64,000 nt of DNA from an uncultured Chloroflexia bacterium (GCA_963833225.1 CAWHXD010000017.1:224001-288000), one strand, 5' to 3'. Positions 1 through 8,721 are shown, counted from the first letter of the stretch. Notes: generated by a model from the letters alone, not told the origin. Numbers and translations are program-made.

Positions 1-245
1 TGGCGCTCCCGCTCTCCCGCGATCCCATCGGCGATGACGCCGCTCGCGAGCAACAACGGGACCCAGGCAAAGGGGAGGATGGCCACCGGCTCGCGCACGA
101 GGTCCGGCCCGATCTGGAGCGGTAGGAAGACCCCGAAGATGACCAGCGAGAACGCCAGCCCGCGGAGCGACTTCTTGAGGCTTCCCGACGCGAAGAGGAG
201 ACCGCGAAGATCCTTCCAGACGATGGTGAGGGCGTCCGCGATCAC
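1..245 (-). CDS. ABC-2 type transporter permease (runs off window start)
   Basis: Manual translation from GTG at 245 (GTGA overlap with ATPase stop): MIADALTIVWKDLRGLL...GVIADGIAGERERH, hydrophobic with the typical AGERE motif. Confidence 0.85.
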   Translation of the reverse strand, partial: MIADALTIVWKDLRGLLFASGSLKKSLRGLAFSLVIFGVFLPLQIGPDLVREPVAILPFAWVPLLLASGVIADGIAGERER

Positions 246-1174
246 GCCTCACCCCCGACGAGCGTCATGAAGGCTTCCTCGAGGTCCGCGCTTCCTTTGC
301 GCACCTCGTCGATGGCCACGCCCTCCTCGACCAGCAGGGCGACCACGGGCGCGGTGTCGACGCCGTCGCGCAGCCGCAGCGTGAGCTTCCCGTCATCGAG
401 CTCGACCGATGCTGCGGCCGGCTGGGCATGCACGAGGGCTGCGATCCTCGCGTCGATCCCTCGTCCCGTGATCTCCATCCGCCCCGATCCGGCACGCGAC
501 CGCAGCTCGTCCGGCCGGCCCACGGCGAGCAGCCCGCCGCGGTTGATCACCCCAACGAGGTCGCAGAGCTTCTCGGCCTCGGCCAGGTTGTGCGTCGTCA
601 GGAACACGGTCACGCCTTCGCGCCGCGCCAAGGCCGTCAGGTCCTCGCGCAGTGCCGCAGCAGCGATTGGGTCGAGCCCCGCGGTCGGTTCGTCGAGGAA
701 CACGAGGGCCGGCCGATGGAGCAGCGTCCGGGCCACGGCGAGCTTCTGCTTCATGCCGCGGCTCCAAGCGCCCACGATCTCGCGCCTGCGCTCCCACAGG
801 TCCAGCCCGGTCAGGAGCTCCCTGACGCGTGCCTGGCGCTCAACGCTCGAGAGGCGCCACACCCGCGCGTAGAAGTCGAGGTTGTCCTGGGCAGTCATCC
901 GCTCGTACAGCCCGGGGTGTTCGAGCAGAGCGCCACAACGTTCGCGGATCGCGCCCGCGTCGGTCCTGGTGTCGTGGCCGAGCACATCGGCGATCCCCGC
1001 GGTCGGTTCGAGCAGGCCCAGGAGCAGCCGGATCGTCGTCGTCTTGCCCGAGCCATTGGGGCCAAGGAAGCCGAAGATCACGCCCGTGGGCACGTCGAGC
1101 GACAGCCCGTCCACGGCGCGGAGCACGCCAAAGTCGCGGGTCAGGTCACGCGTATGGATGGCGAGATCGGGCAC
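242..1174 (-). CDS. ABC transporter ATP-binding protein
   Basis: Walker A GPNGSGKTT, signature WSRGMKQK, Walker B VFLDEPT; start set at GTG 1174 after AGGAGAGGGA RBS. Confidence 0.95.
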   Translation of the reverse strand: MPDLAIHTRDLTRDFGVLRAVDGLSLDVPTGVIFGFLGPNGSGKTTTIRLLLGLLEPTAGIADVLGHDTRTDAGAIRERCGALLEHPGLYERMTAQDNLDFYARVWRLSSVERQARVRELLTGLDLWERRREIVGAWSRGMKQKLAVARTLLHRPALVFLDEPTAGLDPIAAAALREDLTALARREGVTVFLTTHNLAEAEKLCDLVGVINRGGLLAVGRPDELRSRAGSGRMEITGRGIDARIAALVHAQPAAASVELDDGKLTLRLRDGVDTAPVVALLVEEGVAIDEVRKGSADLEEAFMTLVGGEA

Positions 1175-1420
1175 GTAGTCCCTCTCCTGCGCGGCGTATC
1201 TGGGGAGTCGTCCAATTCTAGTCGCCCGCTGGGCCGGCCCGTCTGTATGCCGCCACCCGCCACGATGGCACGATCGTGACCGCGTTCCGACGGCAGTGGG
1301 CGTGCGGCCATTCGGTCCGAACAGGCCCCCATCGGGCAGCATCTGGTGCGCCACCGGACCGAGGAAGCCGAGCCAGTCAAGAGCCGTCGCGCGCGAGCGC
1401 AGGCAGCGCGTGCGCGCGAC

Positions 1421-1448
1421 GTCCGCGAGCGTGCGCCGATGCAACGTG
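1421..1448 (+). repeat. 28-bp intergenic direct repeat, copy A (right arm degenerate)
   Basis: GTCCGCGAGCGTGCGCCGATGCAACGTG. Confidence 0.75.
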
Positions 1449-1504
1449 ACGGGGTCGGGAGCGGACGGTGCGATACTGCCGAAACCCAACCCTCAGGAGG
1501 CAAC

Positions 1505-1747
1505 GTGACTGAGACAGCCACACCGAAGCCGGCTGCGCCTGGCTTCGTCGTCCTGCGTCAGGTCGGCGGGGACCGCTGGCAAATGCTGGGCGAGGTCCGT
1601 CGAAGGCAAGGGCTTCCCGCCAGAGCCGCCCGAACGCAGGCGATCCTTGATGCGACGAACGGCGAGGCGAAGGCCGGCGAGGTTTACGCGGCCGTCCTTC
1701 GCAGCGAGTGGCGGATCGCCATGGACTGGGTGCCCCCGAAGGCCTAG
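1505..1747 (+). CDS. small hypothetical protein (80 aa)
   Basis: AGGAGG RBS at 1495-1500 before GTG; lies between repeat copies A and B. Confidence 0.75.
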   Translation: MTETATPKPAAPGFVVLRQVGGDRWQMLGEVRRRQGLPARAARTQAILDATNGEAKAGEVYAAVLRSEWRIAMDWVPPKA

Positions 1748-1762
1748 GCACAGGACCGCGGG

Positions 1763-1790
1763 GTCCGCGAGCGTCCGGCAGTGTCACCTG
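1763..1790 (+). repeat. 28-bp intergenic direct repeat, copy B
   Basis: GTCCGCGAGCGTCCGGCAGTGTCACCTG. Confidence 0.85.
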
Positions 1791-1820
1791 ATCGAAGGGC
1801 GGTCGTTCTGTGGTGCCGCG

Positions 1821-2012
1821 CTACCGGTAGCCGCCCTTGCCGTCCTTGCGAGCGAGCTCGACCCGCCGGAGCTGCGCTGGGTCGAGGTCGGCCTGTCGCT
1901 TGCCGTCGATGTCGGGCGGCGGTGCGTCGGTTGGAGGTGACTGCGGCAGCAGGCTCGCGATCGTGCCGACAACCCGCTTGAGCGCGGCCACCGCGGGCGT
2001 GATGAGCGACAT
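1821..2012 (-). CDS. small hypothetical protein
   Basis: GGAG RBS before ATG (MSLITPAVAA...); stop 30 bp from repeat B. Confidence 0.55.
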   Translation of the reverse strand: MSLITPAVAALKRVVGTIASLLPQSPPTDAPPPDIDGKRQADLDPAQLRRVELARKDGKGGYR

Positions 2013-2147
2013 CAGGGACTCTCCATAAGGGCGCATCCGCACCCGAGCGCATCATGCTCGGCAAGGGAAGCCCGGTCAATCGAGCAGCCGCCACACCCCG
2101 GACGGCCAGTCGGTTCGGGGGGCTCGGCTTCCAAACGCGTGATTCGC

Positions 2148-2669
2148 TCAGGGCGCAAGCGCGGCGCGCACCCGCTCCGGATACTTCTTCTCCGCGGCCG
2201 TCGCATTGCCTCCGAACGTCCCGCCCGGCACGACGACCTCCACGAGCAGGTTCTGCACGCCGACCCACTCCGAGTGCACAACGCCGTCCCAGCTGACGGT
2301 GCCGCGCGGACCCTGGATGCTCATTCCGCCGAACCCGGGCTGCATCGCCATGCGCTCGGCGGGGGTTGGGTAGACCAACACGACCCCGATGGCTCTCCCG
2401 ATCCCCTTGGCCGTGGTGGTGGTTCCGCGATAGACGAGCTCCGGAAAGACGCCCATGTCGCGATCGTCGGTGGTCGCCACGAGCGAAAGACCGGGATCCA
2501 AGGTCTGGAGTCGGCCCTCGATGTCGGCGAGCGCAAGTGGGGCTGCGGCGGGCGTCGGCTCCGGGGCGACGGATGCCACGCTCGCAGCCGGCGGGGGCAC
2601 GGGAGGCGTCGATGCACACGCCGCGAACACCGCCGCCGATGCTGCCAGGGCGAGAAGCCGCTTCATCAT
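2148..2669 (-). CDS. putative lipoprotein
   Basis: Signal peptide MMKRLLALAASAAVFAAC with lipobox-like FAAC, then Pro-rich linker. Confidence 0.8.
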   Translation of the reverse strand: MMKRLLALAASAAVFAACASTPPVPPPAASVASVAPEPTPAAAPLALADIEGRLQTLDPGLSLVATTDDRDMGVFPELVYRGTTTTAKGIGRAIGVVLVYPTPAERMAMQPGFGGMSIQGPRGTVSWDGVVHSEWVGVQNLLVEVVVPGGTFGGNATAAEKKYPERVRAALAP

Positions 2670-2779
2670 GTCCCGAAATCGCTCATTGCTGGAGCCATCT
2701 TCGGCTCCGGGACACGCCAGTCAAGAGCGAGCGGGCACGCGTCCCTGCCCCGAGGCCCTCGACCGCTCCCGCTGCGCCG

Positions 2780-3136
2780 CTACTTCGCTGCCCAGCCGGA
2801 CAGGGGCTCTGGTGGCGCGGCGAACCCCCCACTCGCGAGGATGTCAACGCCGAGGACATCGCGGCACCATTCGACATACCAGCGGTCGTAATCCGAGTTC
2901 TCCGGATCGAATACGCGGCTGCCCATCAGCTTCAGGTCCTCGGGCTCGATGTCGTAGGTATTGACCCGAAGGTCGAGGCCGCTTGAGAGATGGCTGGCCC
3001 ACATCGCATGCGCCTTCAGCCGAAACCTCGCGTTGAGGGCCTCGTACTCGACCCGGTGTTCTTCAAGCTCGGTGGCCAGTCGCCGGGCTCGGTCCATCGT
3101 TCCCGGGAGGATGGGCTTGGCGGCTCCAAACAGCAT
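2780..3136 (-). CDS. hypothetical protein
   Basis: GGAGG RBS before ATG (MLFGAAKPILPG...); globular composition. Confidence 0.75.
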   Translation of the reverse strand: MLFGAAKPILPGTMDRARRLATELEEHRVEYEALNARFRLKAHAMWASHLSSGLDLRVNTYDIEPEDLKLMGSRVFDPENSDYDRWYVEWCRDVLGVDILASGGFAAPPEPLSGWAAK

Positions 3137-3632
3137 GGTCGCGCCTCCTTCCGACTTGATGGGCAACGAACGCGGGCGTGATGACCGACATCGAGGGACC
3201 TCCCTCACGGGCGAATCGGCGCCCGAGCCCCATCATCCTCGGCTTGGTTGGCGCGGGTCAATCGACCCTGCGGAACCACGGTGCCCGCCGGGGTCCAGTG
3301 CCGCCCGGCGGCCCCCTGGACGCGCGGTGCCACAACCGGTTCCCGCCAGGGAGTCAGAGCACGACTGTTCGTCGCGGGCTCTGTCCCCGGCGACATCGGA
3401 TCTGCTGTCGGTCAGCCACCAGACGACTACGTGTCAACCGGGCAGGCCGACACGGGCCCCGACCTGGGCGTCGACGCCGCCGGGCCGGGACGAGCAGTCG
3501 TCCTGTGACTGGCTGGCAGGAATCGCCCGATGCGGAAACAGGCCGGTCTTAGGGCCTGTAGCCGATTGATCCCGCACGAACTACCACGTTTGTGCCATTC
3601 AAGTTGACGCTCCCGGCTGTCAGGCTGCCCTC

Positions 3633-4482
3633 ATGGGCGCGGTGACCGAGCTGACGGACGAGGAGTGGGGGCTGGTCAAGCACTTGTTCGACCCGCCCAC
3701 GCATCGCGGCGTCAAGGGCACGATCCCGCGACGCGACATCGTGGACGCGATCCTGTGGGTCGCCCGGACCGGCTGCCAGTGGCGGCACCTGCCCGACGGG
3801 TTCCCGGACTGGCAGGCCGTGTGGAGCCAGTGGCGTCGGTGGCGGGACAACGGCACCTGGGCAGCCGCGATGCGCGTGCTCGCGCGGGAGATCCGGCTCC
3901 GGCACAAGCGCACGGCGGACCCGACGATGGTCATGATCGACGGCCAGACGGTGAAGGGCGGGCGCGGCGGGCCAACGTTCGACGAGGCCGGCGGGCGCGG
4001 CGGCTACACGCGCGGCGCCAAGCGCACGATCCTGATCGAGATCCTCGGGCTGCCGCTTCGCGGTGTCGGTCAAATCGGCCAAGCCGCACGATGTCCAGTC
4101 GGCGCGGCGGATCCTCAAGGACCAGCTGGACGCGCCCCCAGCCCAGCAGCCGAAGCTACCTGGCCTCCAGGCCATCGTCGCCGACCGTGGCTACACGGGC
4201 CTCGCCGCGCTGGCCAACACCCACGGCCTCAACCTCGACATCAAGCGGCCGCCCCCCGCCCCGATGCTGCCGCCCGCGAAGCCCGGCGGGAAGCCGAGGA
4301 AGGGCAAGCGCACCTTCACCCCGATCCGTCCGCTCTACAAGGTCGAGAACGCCTTTGCCCGGCTCGGGATGTGGCGCCAGCTGTCTCGGTGCTATGAGCA
4401 GACGGCGCTCGGCGCGCAGACCTGGCTCGAGGTCGCCTGCGTCGCTTACCTGTGCGGGAGGCTGCGCGTCGAGCCGACGTAG
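3633..4482 (+). CDS. IS5-family DDE transposase, frameshifted near 4059
   Basis: N-terminal LTDEEW...RTGCQWRHLP, IDGQTVK, then second frame with ADRGY and YKVENAFARL...LSRCYE; one extra base at CTGCCGCTTCGCG. Confidence 0.9.
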
Positions 4483-4970
4483 GCGCCCATCAGGCGCGTC
4501 GTAGCCTGGACGAGAACGCCCCAGAGGAACGTAATCGGCAGAGCGGCGATCACGGCGGCCGCGCCGTAGAACACCAGCCCGTAGAGGCCAAGCACGGCGA
4601 CCGCACCCACCACTTCGAGCGGACCGCTGACCCCGACCCGAAGTTCCGCCGGCTGACTCGCGAGCATGGTTGCGACATAGGCGAGAGCACCGAGTGGGAG
4701 CCCGATGAGGATCGCGGCGATCGATCCACCGAAGGCGGTCCAGCGATCGCCCGGGGCAACGCCGGGACCGAGCAGCCATCCGACAACCAGCGCGACGGGC
4801 ACCGCGACGACCACGATGGGCCCGGCATCTGGCGTGGACGTGACGGGCATGCCGAGGAGCAGCGCAAAGAGGGGTGCGAACAGCACGGCGGCCGGTATCC
4901 CCCACAGGGCACCGACCACGTGTGCGTTGGTCCTCGGTGACACCGCTAATGTGATACTCACAGGTAGCAC
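4446..4970 (-). CDS. membrane protein, IS passenger (start uncertain, possibly 4943)
   Basis: About 5 hydrophobic segments; inside the IS inverted repeats and convergent with the transposase. Confidence 0.7.
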   Translation of the reverse strand: MLPVSITLAVSPRTNAHVVGALWGIPAAVLFAPLFALLLGMPVTSTPDAGPIVVVAVPVALVVGWLLGPGVAPGDRWTAFGGSIAAILIGLPLGALAYVATMLASQPAELRVGVSGPLEVVGAVAVLGLYGLVFYGAAAVIAALPITFLWGVLVQATTRLMGAYVGSTRSLPHR

Positions 4971-5133
4971 AATGGTTCAAGGGCCTCGACTTGTCAAGCG
5001 GGTGGCGTAATCGGCTACAGGCTCTGAGTGACTCCCCCTTCGCCGGTAGCCATCGCCCCATCAAGCACGCGATCGGGAGGCTCGATGGGTCGCTGAAGCT
5101 CTGCTGACGCCGGTCGAGCCGCATGGCGGCATC

Positions 5134-5161
5134 GTCCGCGAGGGTGCGCCAATGACACCTG
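5134..5161 (+). repeat. 28-bp intergenic direct repeat, copy C
   Basis: GTCCGCGAGGGTGCGCCAATGACACCTG. Confidence 0.9.
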
Positions 5162-5201
5162 ACCCTCAGCACCGCCGACCCAGCTCGCAGGCCTGTGCAG
5201 G

Positions 5202-5720
5202 TCACATCGCCGAGGGGGTGCCGACGCGTTCGAGGACGGCCTCGACCTGCGGCAAGGCAGCGAGGTACTGGCGGTCGGCCAACTGCTTGAGCGCCACGAA
5301 CAGAGCGGTCGCGACGACATCGGCAAGGACGAACGCGGCAAGACTGGCGACGGTGCCCAACAGGAGCAGCGGCGCGGCCAGCACCAGCCCGAGGCTGATC
5401 GCGATCGGCCAGTCCCACTTGCTCGCGGGTGTGGTCGCGCGACCGACAAGCCGCGTACCTGTGCCCTGCGGGACGAGCTCACCTCGGACTTCGAGGGCGA
5501 GCGGGTACTGCGTGTGGATCCGCCCGGGCTCACTGTGCGCGTCGATCAGGAGGTCGAGCCTCCGCCCCCCGACCGACCCGCGCACGAGCCAAAACGACCA
5601 GGTGGCATGCCCCGCGTCCTCGTAGCGCTCCTCGGCGATGGCGCGCCCGATCGCGGCCGCGACCGCGTCTGGTGGCACGTCCCACCTGGCACTGACCGAG
5701 CGACTGATGAGCGATCTCAC
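5202..5720 (-). CDS. hypothetical membrane protein
   Basis: Soluble N-terminal domain plus two C-terminal hydrophobic helices; between repeats C and D. Confidence 0.7.
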   Translation of the reverse strand: MRSLISRSVSARWDVPPDAVAAAIGRAIAEERYEDAGHATWSFWLVRGSVGGRRLDLLIDAHSEPGRIHTQYPLALEVRGELVPQGTGTRLVGRATTPASKWDWPIAISLGLVLAAPLLLLGTVASLAAFVLADVVATALFVALKQLADRQYLAALPQVEAVLERVGTPSAM

Positions 5721-5807
5721 AGCGGACCTCGCGCTCTCCCCGCTCTCATCGTCCGAGCGACCTTCGCCCTGGTCAAGGTGCCGTTCGTACCGAGACGTGG
5801 CGGCCCG

Positions 5808-5835
5808 ATCTGCGAGGGTGCGCCAATGTCACCCG
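5808..5835 (+). repeat. 28-bp intergenic direct repeat, copy D
   Basis: ATCTGCGAGGGTGCGCCAATGTCACCCG. Confidence 0.9.
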
Positions 5836-5840
5836 GCAGA

Positions 5841-6035
5841 TCAGCAGCGCGACAGAGCGAGGATTGCCGTGCCGGAGGCCAGGGCGACAGCGGACCACAG
5901 GCCGACCGACGCCCATGGCAGGACGGCGAACATCGGCGTCAGGAGTGCCCACGCTGTGTAGGCAAGGCCTACACCAGCAACAGCAATCAGGCTGCCACCG
6001 GCGACGCTGCCGACAACACGCGCCAAGGTCCTCAT
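5841..6035 (-). CDS. small two-helix membrane protein
   Basis: MRTLARVVGSVAGGSLIAVAGVGLAY..., hydrophobic; stop 5 bp from repeat D. Confidence 0.5.
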   Translation of the reverse strand: MRTLARVVGSVAGGSLIAVAGVGLAYTAWALLTPMFAVLPWASVGLWSAVALASGTAILALSRC

Positions 6036-6388
6036 CGATTGTCCTGGACGATCGCCGCGGCCCATACGGGTCGCCTGGGTCGCAATGCGTCCGCGCAATG
6101 TCCCCTGATGCAGGTGGGGATCACCTGGGCAGAGGGGCATCCCACCATCGAAGCGCGAGGGCACGCTGGACTTCGCGCGGATCGCCCGCGAGCAGGTCTC
6201 GAAGGACCTCAGTCTGGTTGGCGAACGCCCGTGCAATCTCAAGGGCGTCAGCCGCGCTCCGGGCCTGCGACAGCGATCTGCCGGAGCGCCTTCGGGCCGG
6301 AGAAGGAGCGCTCGTCGGTGTCGCCGGTCGATTGACCGTGCCCTGGTTGTCCTTGGAGGCTCACGGGCAGATAGTACGCACTGGCAAT

Positions 6389-6416
6389 CTCCGCGAGCGT
6401 GTGTCAACCACACCTG
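6389..6416 (+). repeat. 28-bp intergenic direct repeat, copy E
   Basis: CTCCGCGAGCGTGTGTCAACCACACCTG. Confidence 0.8.
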
Positions 6417-6474
6417 GTGACCAGCTAGGGGCGGACGCGCTTGGATGAGCCGCAAAGCCCGTCCGCGTTAGGAG

Positions 6475-6783
6475 CTACGGACTTGCGCTCGGTCCCGGCT
6501 CGGCGCGCAGGCACAACTTGCCTTCGGGGGTGCCGAACTCGGCGTCGGATCCAGTCGGGCACGTGGCGTCCCTGCCCACCCAGGAGAGAACAACGTGGGT
6601 GTGTGGGCCGGAGCAGTCGGCGTTCCCGATCTGCTGGTGGTCGCCATCCGCCGACCCGTCGAAGTTCACGCACGCGCCGTCAGGGAAGCCGTCAGCCACG
6701 TCGTCGCGCTGTCGGCATGCCCCGATGGAAGCCGCGACCAGGAGCGTCCCCAGCAAGAACGGCAAAACGCGCAGTGATGTCAA
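6475..6783 (-). CDS. Cys-rich putative lipoprotein (LppU/SCO3897-like), start approximate
   Basis: Signal peptide ending IGAC; pattern GACV..ADC..H..VL..CP..LCL. Confidence 0.65.
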   Translation of the reverse strand: MTSLRVLPFLLGTLLVAASIGACRQRDDVADGFPDGACVNFDGSADGDHQQIGNADCSGPHTHVVLSWVGRDATCPTGSDAEFGTPEGKLCLRAEPGPSASP

Positions 6784-6947
6784 TCGAAGGCACTGAGCCC
6801 GATCGACATGACCCCTGCCCACGCGATATAGGCAAGCGCGAGGACGAGCACTCCCGCCAGGATCTGCCTTCCAGTCAATCGAGACACAGTCGGGTTCCTC
6901 GTGCGCAGCTGCCGCTGCGTATGCTCGTCACGATAGATGAGGCTTTG

Positions 6948-6975
6948 GTCCGCGAGCGTTTGCAGATGTCACCCG
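6948..6975 (+). repeat. 28-bp direct repeat, copy F; contains the stop codon of the adjacent gene
   Basis: GTCCGCGAGCGTTTGCAGATGTCACCCG; the minus-strand TGA of ORF 6969..7532 lies in TGTCACC. Confidence 0.85.
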
Positions 6976-7532
6976 AGACGGGCGAACGGCACCGGCTCCC
7001 GACCGCCGACCAGGTCCGCAAGCGCGGCGACGACAGTGCGCATCGACGTGTCGGCTAGGTAGCAGTCATAGCCGTCGGCGATGCACTCGAATGTGGAGTC
7101 ATGGAAGCCGAGGATGAAATGGCGCAAGCGCTCGAACCGCTCAGGCCGATGCAGGGGATGCACCCGGTTGGCCGCCTCCAGCTCCCGGATCCACGCGCTG
7201 CCCATCACCTCAGCCGCACCGTAGTGCCCTGCGTCCGCCAGGCCGCTCGACCAGAGCGCGTGCCCGTGAAGGGCCTCATCGTTCAGGCCACCGAGCACAG
7301 CCCCGCGACAGTCGAGCCACTCAACGATGCCGATCTCGCCTTGGTTCGGTTCCTCGGGAGGCAGAGCGGTGAGCGGCCCGAGCTTGAGGGCGGTAGCGGC
7401 GAGCCCGAACGCCAGGAACGTCCGAAACTCGGACTGAATCAGCACCGGCTCGGGCGCACCCGAATCCCAGCCGAGACCGATATCGATCGGATGGACCTGC
7501 TCGCCAGTGGTTTGGTCGTGTCCGAAACGCAC
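6969..7532 (-). CDS. hypothetical protein (NDEA..GH / FHDSTFEC motifs)
   Basis: GGAGG RBS; motifs LNDEALHGH, WIRELE..NRVH and RHF..FHDSTFECIA, recalled from an uncharacterised accessory family. Confidence 0.8.
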   Translation of the reverse strand: MRFGHDQTTGEQVHPIDIGLGWDSGAPEPVLIQSEFRTFLAFGLAATALKLGPLTALPPEEPNQGEIGIVEWLDCRGAVLGGLNDEALHGHALWSSGLADAGHYGAAEVMGSAWIRELEAANRVHPLHRPERFERLRHFILGFHDSTFECIADGYDCYLADTSMRTVVAALADLVGGREPVPFARLG

Positions 7533-7643
7533 ACTGCCTCCGATCGCCGCTCTCGGATAGGCCGGCTCGTCGAGCAGCGAAGTATCGACCGATTGTGAGG
7601 GAAATGGAGGACCCGGGGTCCGGACAAGTCACGCCAGGTTCTC

Positions 7644-7660
7644 GTCCGCGAGTGTCATCT
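7644..7660 (+). repeat. internally deleted repeat, copy G
   Basis: GTCCGCGAG joined directly to TGTCATCT; about 10 central bases missing. Confidence 0.5.
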
Positions 7661-7710
7661 CCCCCGACCGCGCAACCGCGATCCGTGCCCGTGCGGCAGA
7701 AGCGCCGGGG

Positions 7711-8673
7711 TCAGACCCCGCTCGCGCCCGCCTCGGCGAGGTACTGCCGCGCGGCGGCGCCTCGGACCTGCCGGATGTCCTCCTCGTACTTGAGGACCAC
7801 GCCCAGGGTCTCGTCCACGAGATCCGGGTCAAGCTCGGTCGCGCCCAGGGAGAGCAGCGCTCCGGCCCAATCGAGCGTCTCGGCAACCCCCGGGACCTTG
7901 GTCAGATCGGCCGTGCGCAGGCGGTGGACAAAGGCGACGACCTCGTGGGCGAGGCGCGCGGGGACGTCCGGCACCCGGGTGGAGACGATCTCGAACTCCT
8001 TGTTTGCGGTCGGGTAGTCGATCCAGTGGTAGAGGCAGCGCCGCTTGAGGGCGTCGTGCACCTCGCGGGTCCGGTTCGACGTCAGGATCACGCGCGGGGC
8101 CTTCGTGGCCCGGATGGTGCCGATCTCGGGAACCGTGACCTGGAAGTCGGACAGGATCTCCAGCAGGTAGGCCTCGAACTCCTCGTCCGCGCGGTCGATC
8201 TCGTCGATGAGCAGGACTGGCGGCGTGCCCTCGTGGTCCTCGAGCGCCTGGAGGAGCGGGCGCTTGAGCAGGAACTCCGGGCCGAAGATGTCGTGCGCCG
8301 ACGCCTTCGCGATGTCGCCGCGAGCCTCGAGGAGGCGGATCTCCAGCATCTGCCGCGGGTAGTTCCACTCGTAGACCGCGGTGTTGACGTCGAGACCCTC
8401 GTAGCACTGGAGGCGGATCAGGCGCGCGCCCAGGCTGGAGGCCAGGACCTTCGCGAGCTCCGTCTTGCCCACGCCGGCCTCCCCCTCAAGAAGTAGCGGG
8501 CGGCCAAGCTCCAGGGCCAGGAAGACGGTGGTCGCGAGCGAGCGCTCGGCGATGTACCCGTGGCTGCGGAAGGCGTTCGCGATGCCCTCGATGGATCGGG
8601 TCGCCTCGGGGCGGTCCTCGCGGGCGGCGGACCGGGTGGCGGCGGAGGTCACGGGAGTGGGCTGATCAACCAT
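7711..8673 (-). CDS. coxD: MoxR-family AAA+ ATPase, CoxD-like
   Basis: LEGEAGVGKT, RLQCYEGLD, LLIDEIDRAD, HDALKRRC; downstream of coxSLM. Confidence 0.9.
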   Translation of the reverse strand: MVDQPTPVTSAATRSAAREDRPEATRSIEGIANAFRSHGYIAERSLATTVFLALELGRPLLLEGEAGVGKTELAKVLASSLGARLIRLQCYEGLDVNTAVYEWNYPRQMLEIRLLEARGDIAKASAHDIFGPEFLLKRPLLQALEDHEGTPPVLLIDEIDRADEEFEAYLLEILSDFQVTVPEIGTIRATKAPRVILTSNRTREVHDALKRRCLYHWIDYPTANKEFEIVSTRVPDVPARLAHEVVAFVHRLRTADLTKVPGVAETLDWAGALLSLGATELDPDLVDETLGVVLKYEEDIRQVRGAAARQYLAEAGASGV

Positions 8674-8721
8674 GGGGGCCGATCCTACACCGATCCGGCG
8701 GTCCGTCCGCCCGCGGGCGCC

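Larger units (their letters stand above)
3552..5024 (+). mobile_element. IS5-family insertion sequence carrying a passenger gene
   Basis: 16-bp terminal inverted repeats GGGCCTGTAGCCGATT (3552-3567) and AATCGGCTACAGGCTC (5009-5024), 15/16 match; flanked by TTA and TGA. Confidence 0.85.

Noticed and set aside
4050-4070. Programmed ribosomal frameshift in the IS5 transposase
   Set aside because: No slippery A-run is present, and a single extra base explains the break; error or mutation is more likely.
4950-4962. TGTGA-tac-TCACA as a CRP/FNR site
   Set aside because: The spacer is 3 bp, not the required 6 bp.
6121-6364. Possible second small gene between repeats D and E (minus strand, ...ALEIARAFANQTEVLRDLL...)
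   Set aside because: It looks protein-like but has no in-frame start and would need an unverified frameshift.
1421-7660. CRISPR array or classical integron interpretation of the 28-bp repeats
   Set aside because: Spacers are 0.3-3.3 kb and gene-containing, and there are no cas genes. No GTTRRRY/RYYYAAC palindromic attC and no intI were seen.
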